DNA of 64,000 nt. It comes from Octopus bimaculoides (Eukaryota). Where the stretch lies: NCBI RefSeq assembly GCF_001194135.2, contig NC_068984.1, forward strand, positions 18,972,053 through 19,036,052, written 5' to 3'. The notes below the pieces were generated by a model, which saw only the letters and a list, made by a program, of their open reading frames with translations, searched no databases and was not told the DNA's origin. Numbering within the stretch: position 1 is the stretch's first letter; each line of letters opens with the position of its first letter. Position numbers and translations under genes: made by a program. Positions 38,299 through 50,686 of this stretch are shown piece by piece.

Positions 38299-38383
38299 CT
38301 GGTGGGCAGTAACTCCAAATAAGGAAACAAACCCTGACAACTCATCTGACACATGCTACCATGGAAAGTGGATGTAAAATTAT

Positions 38384-38403
38384 GATGACGATGATGATGA
38401 TGG

Positions 38404-38458
<55 letters not shown>

Positions 38459-38470
38459 AGTGGTGATGAT
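38384..38470 (+). repeat. (GAT)n microsatellite, tail of an RTE-type element, abutting a TMTC4 donor
   Basis: Directly visible; preceded by catgctaccatggaaagtggatgtaaaa. Confidence 0.9.
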
Positions 38471-38480
38471 GAAGACTTAC

Positions 38481-38568
38481 CTGTATTGCATGCCTTGATG
38501 TAAGATAATATAGATAATGTAACAAGTAAAGCACAAAGTAAATCGGCACGTCCAACAACACCAGCAAC
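38481..38568 (-). CDS. TMTC4: TMTC4 exon
   Basis: cag/gtaagt boundaries; 88 nt, phase 0 to 1; VAGVVGRADLLCALLVTLSILSYIKACNT (family VGRAD motif). Confidence 0.96.
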
Positions 38569-39335
38569 CTGGAATAGAATAAATAACACTGGCAGGTTGA
38601 TGGAGGCCTCAAAGAATTTCTATTTCAATGAAAAATCATTGCATATGCACCGTTATGAAATTTCAGTTCTGGTTATATAGATAAAATCTGAAAAGCCATA
38701 TTAATGTTTGTATAGTTTCAAATAATCTAATAGGAAAATGATATGGTAGCCATTGACTCCATCATCCTTATATGTAATTCAATCTATTTTTCTTATACAA
38801 ACTACTGTCCGCATTAAATATATATGAGAAAATATTTATAGCATTGCTCTAAACTAACTTAAGGATCTTAACCAATGGATCACAATTTTAACGTAATTGA
38901 GTTTTATTTAACTTTGGATGAAAGATTTTGAAATTGCATTTTTGAGCAAAGCTAGAAATAAATTGTTATATAAAATCAGTTTATTCATATGGTCTGCTAT
39001 GTGTTTATATAATAAGTATTCACAGGTTGTTAAATTGGTTTTGCCATAGCTGTCCCCTATTTGCAGTCATCTCCTTTCTTACTCCATCTTTATTCTTTTC
39101 TCCGTGAAATTATTATATTATTGTTGCAACAATGACATGGCTAAGTACAGGAGTGGCTGTGCGGTTAAGATGCTTACTTCCCAACCATGTGGTCTTGGGT
39201 TCAGTCCCAGTGTGTGGCACCTTGGGCAAGTGTCTTCTACTATAGACCTGGGCTGACCAAAGCTTTGTGAGTGGAATTAGCAAATGGAAATGAAAATAAA
39301 GAAGCCCATCATATATATATATATATATATATATA

Positions 39336-40124
39336 NNNNNNNNNNNNNNNNNNNNNNNNNNNNNNNNNNNNNNNNNNNNNNNNNNNNNNNNNNNNNNNNN
39401 NNNNNNNNNNNNNNNNNNNNNNNNNNNNNNNNNNNNNNNNNNNNNNNNNNNNNNNNNNNNNNNNNNNNNNNNNNNNNNNNNNNNNNNNNNNNNNNNNNNN
39501 NNNNNNNNNNNNNNNNNNNNNNNNNNNNNNNNNNNNNNNNNNNNNNNNNNNNNNNNNNNNNNNNNNNNNNNNNNNNNNNNNNNNNNNNNNNNNNNNNNNN
39601 NNNNNNNNNNNNNNNNNNNNNNNNNNNNNNNNNNNNNNNNNNNNNNNNNNNNNNNNNNNNNNNNNNNNNNNNNNNNNNNNNNNNNNNNNNNNNNNNNNNN
39701 NNNNNNNNNNNNNNNNNNNNNNNNNNNNNNNNNNNNNNNNNNNNNNNNNNNNNNNNNNNNNNNNNNNNNNNNNNNNNNNNNNNNNNNNNNNNNNNNNNNN
39801 NNNNNNNNNNNNNNNNNNNNNNNNNNNNNNNNNNNNNNNNNNNNNNNNNNNNNNNNNNNNNNNNNNNNNNNNNNNNNNNNNNNNNNNNNNNNNNNNNNNN
39901 NNNNNNNNNNNNNNNNNNNNNNNNNNNNNNNNNNNNNNNNNNNNNNNNNNNNNNNNNNNNNNNNNNNNNNNNNNNNNNNNNNNNNNNNNNNNNNNNNNNN
40001 NNNNNNNNNNNNNNNNNNNNNNNNNNNNNNNNNNNNNNNNNNNNNNNNNNNNNNNNNNNNNNNNNNNNNNNNNNNNNNNNNNNNNNNNNNNNNNNNNNNN
40101 NNNNNNNNNNNNNNNNNNNNNNNN
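39336..40124. other. Assembly gap (others: 13896-14050, 45222-45546, 47808-47974, 49591-49600, 50687-51249, 57874-58498)
   Basis: N runs, mostly bordered by dinucleotide microsatellites. Confidence 0.99.
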
Positions 40125-40137
40125 GCTCTTCCGATCT
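40125..40137 (+). other. Illumina adapter remnant at contig edge
   Basis: GCTCTTCCGATCT (reverse complement of AGATCGGAAGAGC) begins exactly at the end of the 39336-40124 gap. Confidence 0.92.
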
Positions 40138-43100
40138 TATAAGTCCAAAACATTGCTTTTTCAGAAAACGAAAAAATAGTTTCACCATTCCATAGCAAAA
40201 CTGTTGTACTACACTTTGACAAATTTTTTTGATGTCTTGGCATCTAAAGCAGCAGGAGATACAGTATTTTGACCAAAAGAACCGGCTACTGCATGCAAAT
40301 ATATATGTTGAAAAAACACATTTGGTCAAATTTGGACATATGACATAACAGCACCGATATATATAATATATATATATATATATAGACATACGTATATATA
40401 CATACAGATGGGAAGCTGGCAGAAACATTAACATGCAGAGCAAAATGCTTAGCGGCATTTCATCTGTCTTTATGTTTTGAATTCAATGCTACTGGGGTCA
40501 ACTTTGCCTTTCATCTTTTTGGGGTCGATAAAATAAGTACCAGTTGAGTACAGAGGTTGATCTAACAGACTTAAGCCCATCCCCTAAAATTGGTGGCCTC
40601 GTGCCAAAATCTAAAACCAGTATTTAGCAGAAGTGACAGGTTGAGGGTTTTGTGTATTAGCGCTTATTAAAGTTTGTTAAGTGTTATTGCACGAAACTTT
40701 GGGCCCTAGAGTCACTCTGCTGCTTCTGCTAAATATTAATAAAAATTCACACACATACATACATGCACGCACACCATATACACCAAACATATGTGTATCT
40801 GTGTGTACGTCACACACACATATATGTGTATCTGTGTGTATGTCTTTGTGTTTTTGTTGTGCTTGTTCCTACCATTGCTCGACGACTGGTGTTGGTTTGT
40901 TTGCATCCCTGTAACATAGCAGTTTGGCAAAAGAGGCCAATATAGTAAGTGGCAGATTTGAAGAAAAAGAAGGAAAAAAAAGGTACTGGGGTTGATTTGT
41001 TCAGCTAAACCCTTCAAGGCTGTGCTTTGTCTTGGCTATGGTCCAACGACTGGAATAAGCAAAGATAAAATCTTATTCTATTTCTGTCTCATCTTAGAAC
41101 AACTGTGCCGCTGGGGATTATCAGATTAAGATAATACAGATAATACTGGTCAATTGATCAAACATAATTTTTTGTTTATTTCTTTATCCATGCTTCATCA
41201 ACTACCCTCTATCACTACCATCGCCATCATCAGCACAACACATAAGCTGCTCAAACCAATGGGGGAGCCTTTATGTGGTCAGTCTACTAGAAATAAGTCA
41301 CAGCTCCCATACCACATCTCACTGTCTTAAAAAAGATAAAAGGAAGGAAAACAGAGGATACATTATATAATGTGGTTTTAGATACTGCTTCAAACACTGG
41401 ATGGTCATGTATGGAATGCTTCTGATCAGAGCTCAGCTCAATCAAGATTCACCCTGGGCTATACAGCAACATCATAAGCTGCTTATCTATTATGCTAAGT
41501 GTTGCTTACTTAGACTTGACTCACATGCTGTCTATATAGGCCACATAAGGCATCTTTAACGTATCCCACAAATAAGGAAGCATTTAAGTAAGTTTTATTT
41601 CAAAATATCTGCTAGACTAATGGAATACTTGATATTTTATTCAAGCTTACAACCTGCAATGATTCAAAGTAGAAATTAAAAGATTGTCTCTTTAATAGCT
41701 TAAGATTAATATATAACCTCTCTCTCTCTCTCCCCCTCCCTCTCTCTCTCTCTCTCTCCCTCCCCCCTCTCTCCCTACAGCAGAGAAATTTTAAATGATT
41801 GCTTCAGAACCTATATATAACCAGTCACAGTTGAAATCTTAAGAGTTCACTAAGTCATTATCTATTATCAACTGGAAGAAAATGAAATAACAAAGAAGCC
41901 TCTATGCGGCCAATCAATCTGCTAGAAATAGAAGCTAAATCTCACTAGATACTGTTGCTGAAGAAAATAAATAAATGAATAAATAAAAATGTCGATCACA
42001 ACAGGAAGTTCGCTTTATATAGGTTGTCTTAGGATTAAACAACAACAGTTAACTAGAAGGAAAGTAAATGTTCATTTTGAAATTCTTTTGTACACACACA
42101 CAGATATATATATTGACCAGAAAAGAATGGTAACCAGCTGAGTTAATCAGCTGGTTACTATGTATCAAGTTAATACTGTCATAGCAGCAGATTATGTGTT
42201 AAGTCTAAATATGTCGAGTTATCAATAACTTCCATAGTGAGATATTGTTCAACAATGATTAACAATGGTAGCTATATATATAATAAATGATATAAATGTC
42301 TTAGAATGAAAAAAAAACGAAAAAACCTTTAAACAATGCAGGTGAGAAGTTAGACATAATATGTAAGGTGATATCAATAAATAAAAACAAAGAGAAGATG
42401 GAGAAGATGCTGAGCTGCCTTACACAGATTGTTTAATGCTTTTAGTAGATTTTAAGAATCTTTCCCAGAATGCAGCAGAAGCTTTTAGCTGCCTATGCAA
42501 GGTAATACAATATCTTATCTTAGATTTTTTGGGAGTATCACCTTACATATTTTTCCTAACTTCTCACCTGAGTTGCTTTAAGATGTTTGTGTGGTTAAGA
42601 TGCTTGTTTCCTAATAATGTAATCCTGGGTTCAGTCCTATTGCATGGTACCTCAGGTAAATGCCTTCTACTATAACCCTTGACCAAAACTGAGTGAGTGG
42701 AATTGGTAGACAGAAATTGAAAGCAGCCCAACAACTTCTCACCTGGTCATAAGACTTCTTTATATAAGTGCTTTCATCTATGTAACTGTAACTGTATTAT
42801 TTATTAATTAATTTATGTATTTATTCACAAGTGTTATGATTAAATATGACTGTGGGTCACTCTTTATAAAATATGTATTATATAATCGCTATGACAGTAT
42901 CACTTCTTTGTACCATGTCTTCATGCATGTTATATGATTTGTCACTAAAATGTTATTCAAATATTTGTAAACTGTGGAATAAATATAATACTAACAACTC
43001 CATTCTTCGCTTTTTATGAGAGAGAGGGGGGAGGGAGAGAGAGGGAGGGAGAGAGAGAGAGGGGGAGAGAGAGAGAGAGGGAGGGGGAGAGAGAGAGAGT

Positions 43101-43803
43101 GTGTATGTGTGTGTGTGAGCATGTATTTAAGGAAACCCTTGTCTTGACATCACGTAATGGTTGTAAACAATCATCAGCCATGTTGTTTATTCCAAGGCTT
43201 TTGTAAAAACTATCTCTAACCATAGGGAAATATTACCTAGTTTAGAAACAGGTGAGGATTTGTAACAAGAAGGACATGTGGATGTAGAGAATCTGCCTCC
43301 AACAAATTCCATCTGAGCCATGCAAACATGGATATAAAAATTATGATGATTTGTATCATTTACTAATTACAATACTTCAAGCAAATTACAAGACTCTTTG
43401 ATATAATTATGGATATGGAATAGGTTGGTTGGAAATCATATTTAATCCAATCTACTTCATAGCTTAGAATATGATGACACCCTGTAATACTTGAACAAAA
43501 GAAAGCATTCCACTTTAATAGATATACACAGTTTTCTTCAAGTTGACAGTCTGGATCATCATCATCGTTTAATATCCACTTTGCCATGCTTGCAAGGGTT
43601 AGATGGAATTTATTGAGGCCCATCCTGTCTCACCAACCCTTAACTGTTTCCAAGCAAGCTAATGTTTCCCCCTTGGCCAGACATGTTTTCATGGAAGACT
43701 GGAAATGAACAATATCACTTGTATGCTGGTGCTTGTTTACAATCATCAAATGATGTCAAGACAAGGGTACATACAAACACACACACACACAAACACACGT
43801 ATA

Positions 43804-43885
<82 letters not shown>

Positions 43886-44023
43886 TATAAAGAAAGAAAT
43901 ATGATAAAATTTATTTTACCATTGGATAATGAAAAATTAATTTTTTGAAATGTTGAGATATAATTTTAAACATGGAATTCTTTTAACCTAATGAGCAAGC
44001 TTAATATCTGCATTAATTTAAAT

Positions 44024-44058
<35 letters not shown>

Positions 44059-44465
44059 ATACAGACATGTAAATGATTTATCATTTATTATGAAATATAA
44101 TAAAATAAAAAATTTATACATGTTTATTAAGCTGCAAAATAATTGCTAAATATGAATATTTAATGGTAATAAATTTTCATCATGGATGACTCCTTATTTA
44201 TAATTTTATAATCTATAAGTTTCTCTCCTTATAAATTTATGATTTATAAGTTTCTCTCCTTATTTGTAATTTTATACACTTCTTATATTTTTCTTTTGTA
44301 TCAAAAGGCAGAGCTCCAGCATGGCCACAGTCAAATGACTGAAACAAATAAAAGAATACTATATATTCTGTGTTTTGTAGAATGAAACATTAAGGAGCTT
44401 TTTTTTATGAGTACTACCAGATTAGTTGAACCCATATATTGTGACACACACACACACATATATAT

Positions 44466-45173
44466 AAAGGAATACAAAAAATGGGACAAGAACACAAACC
44501 ATCCAGACAGTTAGATGATACTAAAAAAGGGACAAGAAAAAACAAGGATGGGTCATTTGGAGTTTTCTTTCCTCAGCCGAGTTCCAGATTATCTTTGCAA
44601 TTTTGGCTGGTTATACTCGAGATTGCTCCAATCTGGCCAGCCCCAAAGAAAAACTAAGCTAAGAGCACTAGATTCCTTGGAAAAAAGCAGTAAATGTATA
44701 CGAAAACAAGGATGGATAAAAAAAACGGAGAAATGGTACACAAATACAAATGCAAATAACAGGACATTAACAAGAGGTGTCTTTCGACTAAGGACGAATT
44801 AAATTAAGCTGGTGTATGTAGAAGTGAAGCCTTATGGCAGGGACATAAGAGATGACAGGCATGGGGAGGAATATAGAAGTTGCATGGATGGTAGTCGAAC
44901 CAAGAAAGAAAGGTCAGGCTTGGCCTAACACCGGTCACTTGGAGAGAGAAGAGATAGGTAGAGGCAGAGGGATAGGAGAATTAGGGAGGTACAAGAAAAA
45001 AAAAGAAAAGGGACAGAGTGAAGTGAAAGAGGAGGGAAGGTGAGAATAAAGAGAAAGCCAGGAAATGTGAGAGAGGGGGAACGAAAGAAAGAGGAGCGGA
45101 AAGTACGAAGTAAGTGTGAAGGGGGCGAATGACCTGTCCTTGTTCTTTCTTGTCCCCTTTTTTGTATTCCTTT
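44466..45173. mobile_element. Unclassified ~710-bp element with inverted termini
   Basis: 44466-44492 versus the reverse complement of 45147-45173 match at 26/27; inner arm 44524-44557 also pairs with 45128-45161. Confidence 0.6.
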
Positions 45174-45662
45174 TTATTTACATATGGTGGCCTCTGTACA
45201 CTTTGGTTTCATATGTATATANNNNNNNNNNNNNNNNNNNNNNNNNNNNNNNNNNNNNNNNNNNNNNNNNNNNNNNNNNNNNNNNNNNNNNNNNNNNNNN
45301 NNNNNNNNNNNNNNNNNNNNNNNNNNNNNNNNNNNNNNNNNNNNNNNNNNNNNNNNNNNNNNNNNNNNNNNNNNNNNNNNNNNNNNNNNNNNNNNNNNNN
45401 NNNNNNNNNNNNNNNNNNNNNNNNNNNNNNNNNNNNNNNNNNNNNNNNNNNNNNNNNNNNNNNNNNNNNNNNNNNNNNNNNNNNNNNNNNNNNNNNNNNN
45501 NNNNNNNNNNNNNNNNNNNNNNNNNNNNNNNNNNNNNNNNNNNNNNGTTATTGAAATATAGAACACTATATTTTCGGCATCAATATGTGTTTCTTTCAAC
45601 AATGGAACCAATATTACTTTTATTATTTTTTTCCCCAATATTTTTCTTAAGATTTCTTTAAT

Positions 45663-45872
45663 GTTTAACTAAGATCAAAATGAAGTGGCAAGCTTCAAAA
45701 TACAAATAACACTGTGAGGGAAGTTAGGGGAAGGGGTGTCCTCATATCTGTTGGTCATGTGATATGTTGTCTGCTTCTTCCATTTGGTCACATGATACAA
45801 TGTCTCATCTGCTCAGTGCATTGCCATATCTTACACCTTTTTGAACACAGTTTTCTTCTGTTCACACAAGAC
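45663..45872 (+). repeat. 210-bp direct duplicate, copy 1
   Basis: Reads identical to 49717-49926 (offset 4054). Confidence 0.9.
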
Positions 45873-46737
45873 AAAATATCTTTCCTTCTGATTTAGTTGT
45901 CATATAAAGGCCCTAACTCCTTAAAACTTATTGCTTCAATCAATAAATAAGCATTTACTGTTAAGAAATGTCTCGCATAACAGAATAGAAAAAGCAGACA
46001 GATGTAACACCCACCGCAACAGGAAAAAAAAAAGCAAATAAATAACAATACTGCAAAGAGTATTTTGTGTCAGGAATATTTATGAGGGGTTAAATGAGTG
46101 TAAATAAACATTAATCTGTCCATTTCTCTTGGTGACAATATCTGTACCTTCTCCTTCCTATTTTCTATCGGTAGCAGAATGCTCTGTCTCTTTATATCTC
46201 TTTCTGCTAGCAGTAGCATCTGTTCTCTCTCTCTCTCAGTCTTTCTCCCCCTCCCTCAGAACTTTTATCTTTTTTTCTCTCTATTGGTAACACCATCCAG
46301 CACTCTTCTCTCTAGCAATATATGTTCCATTATCTCATCTCACTCTTTCTCTTTAGCTATATTTCCCAGTCTTCCAAGCTTCCCTACCTCATACTCCTTT
46401 TTTGTTTCTAAAAAAAAAAACACACACACACATCTGACACACACGTTCAATTTTATAATATATATAAGGATAACACTAAACACTCTTTCAAGGATTTTGT
46501 AACGTGTGTGTGAGTGATGTATGTATGTGTCAGCATGTGTGTGTGTGTGCATGCATGTGTGTACATGTGAGTGTGTGTGCGCATGTAAAAGTAGTGTTAG
46601 AGTATTATCAGGAACTTTTGAAGAAATCAATGCAGAGAAAGAGTGAGAGAGAAATAGAGAAATGGGCATGGAATAAGAGAAAGAACATGAAAAGGAGGAA
46701 AATGAGATAGAGATAAGAAAAAAGAGGGAGAGATAAA

Positions 46738-46782
<45 letters not shown>

Positions 46783-46881
46783 TTATTTATTTATTTATAT
46801 CTTTCAAAAGAGTAAAGAAATAATGCATTCTTACAAAGAAGAAAATATTAAAAAAAAAAAAATGCTAAACAGCGAACTTAC

Positions 46882-47092
46882 ATTTTCAGTATGAATTGGA
46901 TGGATAGCGAAGATGACTGCACACAAAAGGGAAGATTTCGCAGCAGGAAAGCCACCAAGTGTACTGGTAGAACAAGCACCAAATACACAAGAAAAGACTT
47001 TCAAGAATAAAATGGACACAATTCCGTGTAGAATAACATTAACAATATGAAATCCCCAGGGATGTAATCCACCGGCTAAGAAATAGTTAAGT
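46882..47092 (-). CDS. TMTC4: TMTC4 exon (first visible; N-terminal exon(s) not found)
   Basis: tttttcag acceptor at 47093-47100 and gtaagt donor at 46876-46881; 211 nt (1+70 codons) encoding (R)LNYFLAGGLHPWGFHIVNVILHGIVSILFLKVF...FAIHPIHTEN, matching the TMTC4 segment RINYYLSGGFHPVGFHVVN...FAVHPVHTE as I recall it. Confidence 0.95.
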
Positions 47093-47593
47093 CTGAAAAA
47101 GAAAGAGAAAATTTATTCATGAATATGCCCGGAGCTGAATTAAAAGTTTTTGTAGACACCAAGGCTACAAATATTGTGTGAGACTGCAAGTAATATTTTC
47201 AAAAATAAATAAATAAATAAATAAATAAAAATAGAATAGAATAAAATAAAATTTATTTGTAGAAAGTTAGCAACAATTAAAATTCGGAATGGTTATGCAT
47301 AATTTCTTGCAGTAAATTCTAATTTCTTGAGAACATATTTTTCAATTGCTTTATTCACTGTCATTATCATCATCATCATCATCACCATTTTAACATCCAC
47401 TTTTCTGTACTTGCATGGGTTAGATGGAGCTTATTGAAGATTTTCTAACGCCAGTTGCCCTTCCTGTTACTGCCTAATTTTATCTGTTACCATGCAAGGT
47501 AATACTTCCCCATGGCCAGAGACATGTTTTTTCAAAATTTACAACAATCATGTGATGTCATAAGGAGACACACATGCAAACGCACACACACAA

Positions 47594-47629
<36 letters not shown>

Positions 47630-47632
<3 letters not shown>

Positions 47633-47807
47633 CACTTTCTTTATTGGTCACACAGGGCTGAACGCAGAGGGGACAAATAAAAATGTAGAGTTTTTCTTTT
47701 CAAAAATGAAAAAGAAAAAGGGAAAAATGAGAAGAAAAAAAGGAAAATTCTGATCAAAAGGGATCGGGGTAAAAAAAAAAAGATCAAAAGGGATAGTGTA
47801 TCACAGA
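47630..47807 (-). mobile_element. LINE-like 3' end, family unassigned
   Basis: Reverse strand ends tttgtcccctctgcgttcagccctgtgtgaccaataaagaaa; truncated by a gap. Confidence 0.45.
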
Positions 47808-47998
47808 NNNNNNNNNNNNNNNNNNNNNNNNNNNNNNNNNNNNNNNNNNNNNNNNNNNNNNNNNNNNNNNNNNNNNNNNNNNNNNNNNNNNNNNNNNNNN
47901 NNNNNNNNNNNNNNNNNNNNNNNNNNNNNNNNNNNNNNNNNNNNNNNNNNNNNNNNNNNNNNNNNNNNNNNNNNAGAGAGAGAGAGAGACAGACAGAC

Positions 47999-48043
<45 letters not shown>

Positions 48044-48959
48044 GGATAGATAGATAGATAGATAAGATAGATAGATGGACAGATAGATAGATAGATATGA
48101 TGGGCTTCTTTCACTTTCTGTCTACCAAATCCACTCACAAGACTGGTTGACCTGAGCTATAGCATAAGAAACTTACCCAAGGTGCCACCGAGTTGGACTG
48201 AAGCTGAAACCATGCAAACTTCTTAACCACACCAAAACCTTTAAACGCTGTTAATAATATCAGAGGTTTCATAGAGATTTACCGTTGGAATTGGTGAACG
48301 AGGCTACAGAATCCTAGAGAATCTAAAACTAGACCAAATATAATGTAGGCTCCAAATATTTTTGGTTAGTACTTTGTGAATTGTTCACAAAACTGTACAC
48401 TTTGTTCAGTTAGTCTTGTGATTTTCAAACAATAGAATATTATCAACAATAAATTGATAAACCGTAAGATGGTTGGCAGTTTTTTGAAACTGTATTCTGC
48501 TTGCAACATTTGATTCTTGAGATGATGCAGAAGTTCACATAGGTAGTACTGAAGGTGCAATATTAGGAGAGAACATCTTTGTAACTTCTTTGACCTTGAA
48601 GAATTATCTATTAGCTTTCACTTTACATTAAAAAATAAACAATTTAAACCCAGGAACAAAATCAAAGAAAAAAACTATCTATAATATTATTCTGCTATGG
48701 TATGGCTACATTAGTAACATCATCATCATTATCATCATTTAATGTCCATTTCCCATGCTGGCATGGGTTGGACGATTTAACAGAGACTGACCAGCTAAAG
48801 GGCTGTTCAGGCTCCCTGTCTGTTTTGGTATGGTTTCTATGGCTGGATGCCCTTCCTAACACCAACCACTTTATAGAGTGTACTGGGTGCTTTTATGCAG
48901 CACCAGTATGGGTGCTTTTTATGTGGCACCAGCACTTGCAAGCTCGCAAGATTAGGGAT

Positions 48960-49210
48960 GCTCAGTCAGAGAGTGTTGCAAGAAATGAACCTGTATGCAA
49001 AGACATCCACACTTTTACTTAGCTTTACATGTCTTTCCAAACACAACTAACAGCCAGGAGTCTCAGTCCCCTGTCATTCCCCTTTGTGAGTACCAATGTT
49101 TGTAGACCCTTTCTCACTGCTTCATCCCATGTCTTCCTGGGTCTACCCCTTCCACATGTTCTCCCTACAATTAGAGATCGACACCTCTTGATACAACTGT
49201 CCCTCATTTC
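48960..49210 (-). mobile_element. RTE LINE C-terminal fragment
   Basis: CIKRCRSLIVGRTCGRGRPRKTWDEAVRK (RGRPRKTW motif). Confidence 0.85.
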
Positions 49211-49517
49211 AACAAAATCTTAATACACTGCATTACATCCTTATTTCCATATCAGAAAAATTCATGAGGCTTGTTTTGAACCCACAAACAGTGTGAATAA
49301 AATACAGTTGCTGCACCACTGAGCCATGAATTCTAAAAAAAAATGTATCAGTAATATAGGTGCTGGAATAACTACAAGGTTAAAAAGTTAGCTTCATAGC
49401 CTTGTAGTAATAGGTTCAGTCCCACAATGTAACCCTTGGGCCAAGAGTCTTCAACTATAGCCTTAAGTTAATGCCTTGAGTAAAAGTTGGTACATAGAAC
49501 CGATATAGAAGCTTGTA

Positions 49518-49562
<45 letters not shown>

Positions 49563-49716
49563 TGTGTGTGTGTGTGTGTGTGTTTTATGCNNNNNNNNNN
49601 GTGTGTGAGAGAGTGTGTGTGTGTGTGTGTGTGTTTTATGCTGCTTTAAACCAGTAATGTTTATGTAACATAACGATGGTTCAACAAATACTAATAAACA
49701 CCCAATTTTAGAATAA

Positions 49717-49926
49717 GTTTAACTAAGATCAAAATGAAGTGGCAAGCTTCAAAATACAAATAACACTGTGAGGGAAGTTAGGGGAAGGGGTGTCCTCATA
49801 TCTGTTGGTCATGTGATATGTTGTCTGCTTCTTCCATTTGGTCACATGATACAATGTCTCATCTGCTCAGTGCATTGCCATATCTTACACCTTTTTGAAC
49901 ACAGTTTTCTTCTGTTCACACAAGAC
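49717..49926 (+). repeat. 210-bp direct duplicate, copy 2 (inside a family A SINE tail)
   Basis: Identical to 45663-45872; flanked by ...tagaataag and tccagcat..., which are SINE-A tail segments. Confidence 0.9.
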
Positions 49927-50648
49927 TCCAGCATAGACATAATCCAATAACCTGTGAAAAACTAAATGACTAAAAGAATATACATATATATGTACAAATA
50001 TATATACTTATATATATATCACCATCATCATCATTTAACGTCTGATTTCTATGCTAGCATGGGTTGGACAATTTGACTGAGGACTGGTGAACCAGATGGC
50101 TGCACCAGGCTCCAATCTTATCTGGCAGAGTTTCTACAGCCGGATGCCCTTCCTAACACCAACCACTCTATGAGTGTAGTGGGTGCTTTTACGTGCCACT
50201 GGCATGAGGGCCAGTCAGGTGGTACTGGCAACGGCCACACCCAAATGGTGTTTTTTACATGCCACCTGCACAGGAGTCAGTCCAGCAGCACCGGCAATGA
50301 CCTCGCTCGAATGTTTTGTTCATGTGCCACCAACACAAGTGTCGGTAAGGCGACACTGGTAACGATCATGCTCAAACGGTGCTTTTTACGTGCCACCGAG
50401 ATATATATATATATATATACACACACATATACATATACACATGTAAGTAGTTAAGTCTATGTCTGGTTATAGAGTGGCCAATGGTTTTGCATCCCCAAAG
50501 GCCTTAGCACCATGGACATCTCGTCAGACTCTAAAGCTGAAGACTATATGTACTGTATATATTAAAGTTCAGTATTCAAGTGTATACATATGTGTGTGTA
50601 TGTGTGTGTGTGTGCATGCAGAGTATGGTTATACAGGCAAATATATAT

Positions 50649-50686
<38 letters not shown>

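Noticed and set aside
38184-38612. Poly-His ORF of 142 aa
   Set aside because: Translation of the (CAT)n tract in the wrong frame across the real TMTC4 exon.
39113-40458. Long ORFs of 200-390 aa spanning gaps (also near 50459-51449 and 57668-58748)
   Set aside because: They consist of X from N-runs and YI/CV microsatellite translations.
44200-44265. Two ~30-bp tandem copies (tataagtttctctccttat)
   Set aside because: Real but a trivial slippage duplication in AT-rich DNA.
44548-44585. CUGAGGA-AAG-AAAA-CUC on the minus strand as a hammerhead core
   Set aside because: Followed by CAAAU rather than GAAA, and no stem I can be drawn.
48366-48600. Possible TMTC4 5' exon (minus-strand MFSPNIAPSVLPM, ORF 48366-48560)
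   Set aside because: No FDD, DFWG or SYRPL motif in any frame; the resemblance is short and ends in a stop.
49551-49641. 40-bp direct repeat flanking a 10-N gap
   Set aside because: Unmerged contig overlap, not a biological repeat.
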